Positions 26,996 through 32,000 of a DNA stretch of 32,000 nt are shown one piece after another. Within the stretch, counting starts at the first letter, position 1. Each line of letters opens with the position of its first letter. The notes under the pieces are model-generated. The model ran no database searches and was not told the origin of the DNA. It was given only the letters and a program-made list of their open reading frames with translations. The translations under genes and the position numbers were made by a program. This DNA is from Candidatus Heimdallarchaeota archaeon (GTDB lineage Archaea > Asgardarchaeota > Heimdallarchaeia > JABLTI01). The stretch lies in assembly GCA_030614005.1 (NCBI GenBank), contig JAUWKS010000006.1:1-32000 (forward strand), written 5' to 3'.

Positions 26996-28804
26996 TTGCT
27001 TAAATGGAAAAGAAGAACTGGAAGTACAAGTTTAGTTTATTTCATGCTTATTCTTATAACTTTAACCACAGTAGCATCCGCTACTACTGTTCAAGCAGCT
27101 ACGTATCAATATTTCTTTCGAGTTGATATATTAAGTCAAAGTGATATACCTACTAAACATATCGCTAATCTTATAGCTCAAGAATTAAATAGGATAAGAA
27201 TTGACTCAATAATAAGTTCACAAACTACAGGTGTTTTTGCAGCTGAACTTGTTTCACGAAATTTTGATATTGTATTTAGTGAATTTAAATGGCCAAATTT
27301 AGATGTTGATCCCTCTATCTATTTCTCTGAAAGTAGCTCTGGTAATTATTGGGGTTTGGATGATGAAATGGCTGGTGGGGCACTAAACGAAGAGTTAATT
27401 AGAGAAGGATTAATTGAAACTAATTTGGCTGAGCGAGTAAATATTTACCATCAATGGCAAGAGAATTTAGTCAATGAACTATTGCCTGTAATTCCTTGTT
27501 ATTCCACGGTAGAAACATATGTTTCTTGGGATACATTAGCTGGTTGGGATCACGAGGATGGAATCATTGCATCGTTACCGTATATGGAATGGTCTGCTAA
27601 ACATTCCAGTCATCAAAATGACAGTGCTTTTGTTGATTATTTAGAAGAATGGGATATTCTTAATCCTTTATTCGTAGAGGATAATTTTGTTATTTCTTTA
27701 ATTGCAGAGCCCTTATTTAGAGTTGATTATAATAATAATCCAGTTCCAGTTCTTGCTACGGGTTGGGAATACTCGGAAAATGATACTGTCTTAACAATTT
27801 ATCTACGAGAAAATGTTTTATGGCAACCTGATAAAGATAATATTTTTACTTCTGAATATTTTGGTGCTGATGATGTTCTATTTTCTATTTTAGCATACCA
27901 AGAGCTTTCAACAATGGGTACCTATTTTGATTGGATAGAATCAGTTGAAAAAATAAATGATACTGCTGTGAAGATAACTATAGATGGAGATAAAGATACT
28001 GCCGATAATCAGCCATATGCTTCTGCATTAATCTCTCTAAATAACCTTATTCTACCTGAGCATTATTTGAATGCTAGTGTTGTAAATGGTTTGCCTGATA
28101 CTTCTAAACCTGAATGGACAGACTATAGTCTTCTTGGGATGGGAACAGGTATGTACTATTTTGTTCCAGGGCAATTTCTGGAGGGTGTTCAAGCGATTTT
28201 ATATAGTAATGATGACTGGTGGGGTTCAACGCCAAGTGGCTATAATGAAGATTTAGATATGAAACAATACACTTTCAGAATCCAAAGTTCATTAAACACT
28301 ATTCAGTTATTATTTCAAGGTGGTACTTTAGATATATACAAAGATTACCGGGAAACTGACACTGATTTTGATGTTTCTCCATATCTAAAGAAGACTCGAA
28401 ACAGTTTTGATATGACTTATATCGGTTTCAATTTGAAGTCAACTTCATGCCCCGAGTTAGGCGATCAAACATTAACCGAAGATGGAACAATGTCAAAAGG
28501 ACTTGCTGTAAGGAAAGCAATTGCTCATTTACTCAACAAGAATGATTTAGATGATAAACTTGAAATTGAAATAGAAATAACTGAATCACCACTATCAACT
28601 AGATTTGGTTCTTACATTAAATCTGATTTAACTATCTATGAAACCGATATAGACAAAGCAAAGTATTATATGTTAAAGGCAGGCTTTGATCCAGAAACTA
28701 TACCGGCTCCTGGTTTTACATCAATTTCCACGATTATGTCAATTTTTATTTTAACTGTAATAGTAAGTATCTATTCCAATAAAAAAATCAAAAAGCAGAG
28801 TTAA
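26996..28804 (+). CDS. Family 5 (Opp/Dpp-type) solute-binding protein, circularly permuted, with PGF-TM C-terminal anchor
   Basis: PVLATGWEYS..LTIYLREN, ADDVLFS, GTG, YIGFN, VRKAIA, DKAKYYMLKAG; signal peptide; PGF + TM + KKIKK; TTG start after AGGTGA. Confidence 0.88.
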   Translation: MLKWKRRTGSTSLVYFMLILITLTTVASATTVQAATYQYFFRVDILSQSDIPTKHIANLIAQELNRIRIDSIISSQTTGVFAAELVSRNFDIVFSEFKWPNLDVDPSIYFSESSSGNYWGLDDEMAGGALNEELIREGLIETNLAERVNIYHQWQENLVNELLPVIPCYSTVETYVSWDTLAGWDHEDGIIASLPYMEWSAKHSSHQNDSAFVDYLEEWDILNPLFVEDNFVISLIAEPLFRVDYNNNPVPVLATGWEYSENDTVLTIYLRENVLWQPDKDNIFTSEYFGADDVLFSILAYQELSTMGTYFDWIESVEKINDTAVKITIDGDKDTADNQPYASALISLNNLILPEHYLNASVVNGLPDTSKPEWTDYSLLGMGTGMYYFVPGQFLEGVQAILYSNDDWWGSTPSGYNEDLDMKQYTFRIQSSLNTIQLLFQGGTLDIYKDYRETDTDFDVSPYLKKTRNSFDMTYIGFNLKSTSCPELGDQTLTEDGTMSKGLAVRKAIAHLLNKNDLDDKLEIEIEITESPLSTRFGSYIKSDLTIYETDIDKAKYYMLKAGFDPETIPAPGFTSISTIMSIFILTVIVSIYSNKKIKKQS

Positions 28805-28840
28805 TAAAAAAAAATTAGCTCGCTAACTACTTTTTTTACA
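28805..28840 (+). terminator. Possible terminator after the SBP gene
   Basis: A-run, short TTAG-CTCG-CTAA stem, then T8; the stem is weak. Confidence 0.3.
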
Positions 28841-28972
28841 AATTTTCGTTGAAGCTACTTTCAAGTAACCTTTTAATCTAAAACGGAGTATCTCTACTAG
28901 AAAGTAAAAAGATTGATATATCTGCACTCTCTCAATAGAAAAGATAACTAATCAAATGGAGTCAATTGAATT

Positions 28973-29344
28973 TTGTCTGCGAAGTTTTTAACAAATGAAG
29001 AAATAGAAGAGAAAATAAGATTATTTTTATCTGACCATGATTACCAATTTAACGAAAAAGTTGTTGTTCAAAAGAGATTAAAAGCAGTAGATTTCGAAGT
29101 AATAACATCTGATTCAAAAGTAGCAATTCTTTTATTTCTTTGGAATCGCTCAGTTCCATATGATAAAGTATACTACGCTGAAGAATATATGAATAAATAT
29201 GAATACAGTAAAGTGATTTTAGTAAGTAGGCAAATGAGTCCAAGAGCAAAGGAAATTATTAAAAAAGAGAAATTACCCATTGAGATAATTTTCGAATCAG
29301 ATTTCAGAACTATGAAAAGTAGTCCACTATTAGGAAAATTATGA
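28973..29344 (+). CDS. Mrr-like PD-(D/E)xK-fold protein, probably inactive
   Basis: IRLFLSDHDY, AVDFEV, KVILVS..MSPRAKEI follow the Mrr_cat pattern; the E-x-K position reads LFL. Confidence 0.6.
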   Translation: MSAKFLTNEEIEEKIRLFLSDHDYQFNEKVVVQKRLKAVDFEVITSDSKVAILLFLWNRSVPYDKVYYAEEYMNKYEYSKVILVSRQMSPRAKEIIKKEKLPIEIIFESDFRTMKSSPLLGKL

Positions 29345-29392
29345 TGAACAAAGTAATGAAATAAGATTCCTTACTTTCTTTCTTTTTCTTAG

Positions 29393-29683
29393 TTATTGCT
29401 CTAAAGCTAGAAGCTCTTTCGCTAATTTATTTGGTATTCTAGGCCAAATCAATTCTAATAATGCTCCATCACATTTGTTGCATTTCACTTTCTTTTCAAT
29501 AAAACCATCGTCATAATATTCATATGAACTAGAAATCAATTTTTCACATAAAATATCGATATTACATTTTTCACATCGAAAATATTTTTTTGGTTTTGCT
29601 ACTTTTGGCGGCCAAGTGTATATTGAGCAAGACACACATTGTGAACGGCCATCACATTGTAAATGATTTCCTCTAACAGTCAT
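29393..29683 (-). CDS. Small Cys-rich Zn-finger protein
   Basis: 8 Cys: C-x5-C-x2-C ... C-x2-C-x5-C ... C-x2-C, plus His; ATG 29683 preceded by AGGA (ORF track TTG 29701). Confidence 0.7.
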   Translation of the reverse strand: MTVRGNHLQCDGRSQCVSCSIYTWPPKVAKPKKYFRCEKCNIDILCEKLISSSYEYYDDGFIEKKVKCNKCDGALLELIWPRIPNKLAKELLALEQ

Positions 29684-29859
29684 GAAATCAAATCCTTTCA
29701 AATTCTTGAGTATTTAATTATAATAACCTTCAAACATCTTTTCGGTTTACGCAAAAATCAAGCATCTAATATGGAGTTTCATACAGAAAATTCACCTACT
29801 ATTCTCTGCTGAAGATTATTCATAGCATTTTCTTAAAGCTTATTTGGTAGTTAATATTA

Positions 29860-30093
29860 TTAATCCTCATCAACATTTTCTTTATCAGAGGAAAGATACC
29901 AATCTAAATAGTCTTTATTCTTCTTCTTTTGCTCGTACTCTGGATCGTCATTACCTCGTTTTGAACCAGCAAAATGTTGGCGCTTCGTTTGATCAAACTG
30001 ATAGCGATTAATGACTAAACCGCAGGAAGTACAAACATAATGAGGTGGATCCGTTTCCATTTTACCTTTACAACTTGGGCATCTAGGGGCCAT
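29860..30093 (-). CDS. Small TFIIB-type Zn-ribbon protein
   Basis: CPSC-x11-CTSCG at the N-terminus; charged tail with DYLDWYL; SD GGAG. Confidence 0.7.
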   Translation of the reverse strand: MAPRCPSCKGKMETDPPHYVCTSCGLVINRYQFDQTKRQHFAGSKRGNDDPEYEQKKKNKDYLDWYLSSDKENVDED

Positions 30094-30233
30094 TTTTGTT
30101 ACTCCATACTTATGTTGATTCTTCTAATATAAAATGCTTTTTTAAATGGTTACTTCATTATTATTAATACTGACAATCAACAAGAAAAGAGTTTTGATAT
30201 ATCACATTGACTTGAAATTAACACTAAATTATT

Positions 30234-30659
30234 TCATTTCTTAGCTATCTGGTTTTGATTCAATTTTATTTTCGGTTTTACAACATTAAGTAGGACAGTA
30301 ATTTTCTCTTTTAGCTTCCAACAGATTTTATAGAACTCTTCAATATTCTCAATTCCTTCCAACTTATTGAACATATCAAGCGTTTCAAGAAAAGCTTGGC
30401 GTATTTTCCGTTCAGCTCTAACTTGTTTGAGTGTTTCCTTAAACTCCTCTTTCCATTTCTGACCAAGTGTTTTATCCTCCAAATTATTTAGTAACTTTAG
30501 AGTTGCGACAATGAATTCCACATCTGATCTTGCTTTCCAAATTATATCATAGAATTTAGTATAATCTTCAGGATCGAGTTTATCGTAAACATTCTGAATA
30601 CCTTTTCGAGCTTTGTCTAATTTTTGAACAATTTCTTCACTTAATGCCATGGTATTCAC
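30234..30659 (-). CDS. Hypothetical alpha-helical protein downstream of gatD
   Basis: 141 aa ORF of amphipathic helices; start may be ATG 30650. Confidence 0.75.
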   Translation of the reverse strand: MNTMALSEEIVQKLDKARKGIQNVYDKLDPEDYTKFYDIIWKARSDVEFIVATLKLLNNLEDKTLGQKWKEEFKETLKQVRAERKIRQAFLETLDMFNKLEGIENIEEFYKICWKLKEKITVLLNVVKPKIKLNQNQIAKK

Positions 30660-30705
30660 AATCCGAGAGAAAATTATTCCGAATTATAAATAAATTATTC
30701 TGAAG

Positions 30706-32000
30706 CTATTTTTCTTTTTTAAGTAGTTTATCAATTCGCTTGTCAACTTTTCCTTGGAAAATTAAATAATCGCCAAAGTTTTCTCTCTCTGTAATTTCCC
30801 CAGCAAGATTTTTCTGCATTAATTCTTTTACAAAAGGAATTTCTTTTGTGTGACCAAGAACCCACATTGCTTTTACTAGAGCTACTTCTGGCAGCATATT
30901 TGCTAGAGGAATTACACCTGCTTCTAATAATAGTCTACCTGTTTCATACACATTCATTCCTACAAATCCCCACAAGCATTGTGAGGTCATAAAAACAGGT
31001 ATATTTTCATCTTTTGCTCTCTGAATAGAATTTATTTTATTCTGATTTACATGACCTAAACCAGTTCCTGCAATAACAAGTCCATGGTAGCCATTATCAA
31101 TATAGTAATCAATAATTTCTGGATCTACTCCAGGATAGCTATAGAGCAAACCAACTTTTCCATCGATTTTTATATCAACTTCAAAATCATTACGCTTTTG
31201 ATTTCGTTTATTGTAATCTACACCTGTTGGTATGATTTTACCTTGTTCTACTTTGGCTAAAGGTGCTTCACCAATTGTCCGGAAGGCATCTCTTCTACTG
31301 GAATGCATTTTTCTAACTCTGGTGCCGCGATGAAGTATATTATACGTATCACCAGACTGCCCATGCATGCAAACCATTACTTCGGCAATGTCTGAATGAA
31401 CCGCAGCTTGCACACTACTAATCAAATTTAATGCAGCATCACTTGAAGGTCTATCGCTACTTCTTTGGGACCCAACTAAAATAATAGGTCTGTCAACATT
31501 TTTGAGCATAAAAGAAAGTGCTGCAGCAGTGTAATGGAGCGTATCTGTACCATGAGTAATAATGATGCCCTCTGGATCCATACTATCAACATAGTTAGCA
31601 ATTTCATTTGCTATTGTAGACCAATTTGATGGTACAATATTTTCACTGAGAACTTGAAATAAAGAATGAGTTTCAAGATTAGCAATAGCTTTCAATTCTG
31701 GAATGGCATTAAATAATTCTTGAGGCGTAAAGGCAGGGATAACTGCTCCTGTTGAATAATCAAGCTTTGATGCAACAGTACCTCCTGTGCCCAATAAAAC
31801 TACTGTTGGTTTTTTCGTGTCTTTTTCGTAAAATTTAGTTGAAGTTTTGTAATCAGGTTTTACTTCCCCAATAACCTTGATTTCTTCAATATTATCTATT
31901 TTTATACCAATATTATAACCACTTTCTAATTTGATAATTAAATGTTGGTCATTACCGTGTTCCCCTCTAGGGATAATTACCCCTTTTAGAATGCCTTTTG
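30706..32000 (-). CDS. gatD: Glu-tRNA(Gln) amidotransferase subunit D, 5' end beyond the window
   Basis: Frame stays open from 31794 to the edge and reads GVIIPRG...LIIKLESGYNIGI (GatD N-domain); TGGTVAS, HGTDT, SQRSSDRPSSDA, KMHSSRRDAF. Confidence 0.96.
   Translation of the reverse strand, partial: KGILKGVIIPRGEHGNDQHLIIKLESGYNIGIKIDNIEEIKVIGEVKPDYKTSTKFYEKDTKKPTVVLLGTGGTVASKLDYSTGAVIPAFTPQELFNAIPELKAIANLETHSLFQVLSENIVPSNWSTIANEIANYVDSMDPEGIIITHGTDTLHYTAAALSFMLKNVDRPIILVGSQRSSDRPSSDAALNLISSVQAAVHSDIAEVMVCMHGQSGDTYNILHRGTRVRKMHSSRRDAFRTIGEAPLAKVEQGKIIPTGVDYNKRNQKRNDFEVDIKIDGKVGLLYSYPGVDPEIIDYYIDNGYHGLVIAGTGLGHVNQNKINSIQRAKDENIPVFMTSQCLWGFVGMNVYETGRLLLEAGVIPLANMLPEVALVKAMWVLGHTKEIPFVKELMQKNLAGEITERENFGDYLIFQGKVDKRIDKLLKKEK

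Noticed and set aside
30706-31794. ORF-track call as a complete 362-aa L-asparaginase
   Set aside because: The frame continues to the window edge and encodes the GatD-specific N-terminal domain
1-32000. CRISPR arrays, tRNA/rRNA genes, IS elements, prophage
   Set aside because: No regularly spaced repeats, T-loop or cloverleaf signatures, transposase, integrase or virion genes, or terminal inverted repeats were seen by eye

Overview
AT-rich, gene-dense chromosomal window from an archaeon, most likely an Asgard (Heimdallarchaeia-like) lineage. That placement is inferred from archaeal-type SAM synthetase and GatD occurring with a Rab-like GTPase, a uDENN/longin-like protein, bacterial-type DnaJ and class II HMG-CoA reductase. 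About 31 complete CDS plus two edge-truncated genes. Recognisable genes: mat, dnaJ, a leuC/leuD-like pair, tldD-pmbA, tatD, a tandem GNAT, a DegT aminotransferase, iscS-iscU, HMG-CoA reductase and gatD. The rest are membrane, surface and Zn-finger proteins. I saw no tRNA/rRNA, CRISPR array, transposase, integrase or clear pseudogene. No single novel multi-gene system is proven. Best leads: (1) a Rab-like GTPase with all five RabF-type motifs and an isoleucine-zipper tail, apparently co-transcribed with a hinged coiled-coil protein, about 4 kb from a stand-alone uDENN-like gene; (2) an M48 membrane protease with an EF-hand-like loop in a long insertion; (3) a circularly permuted family-5 solute-binding protein; (4) a surface protein with a degenerate Zn-phospholipase C domain; (5) an aconitase-family hydratase with the catalytic Asp-His replaced by Asp-Cys; (6) a probable AUU-initiated gene. 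All family assignments come from motif recognition by eye; no database search was run.
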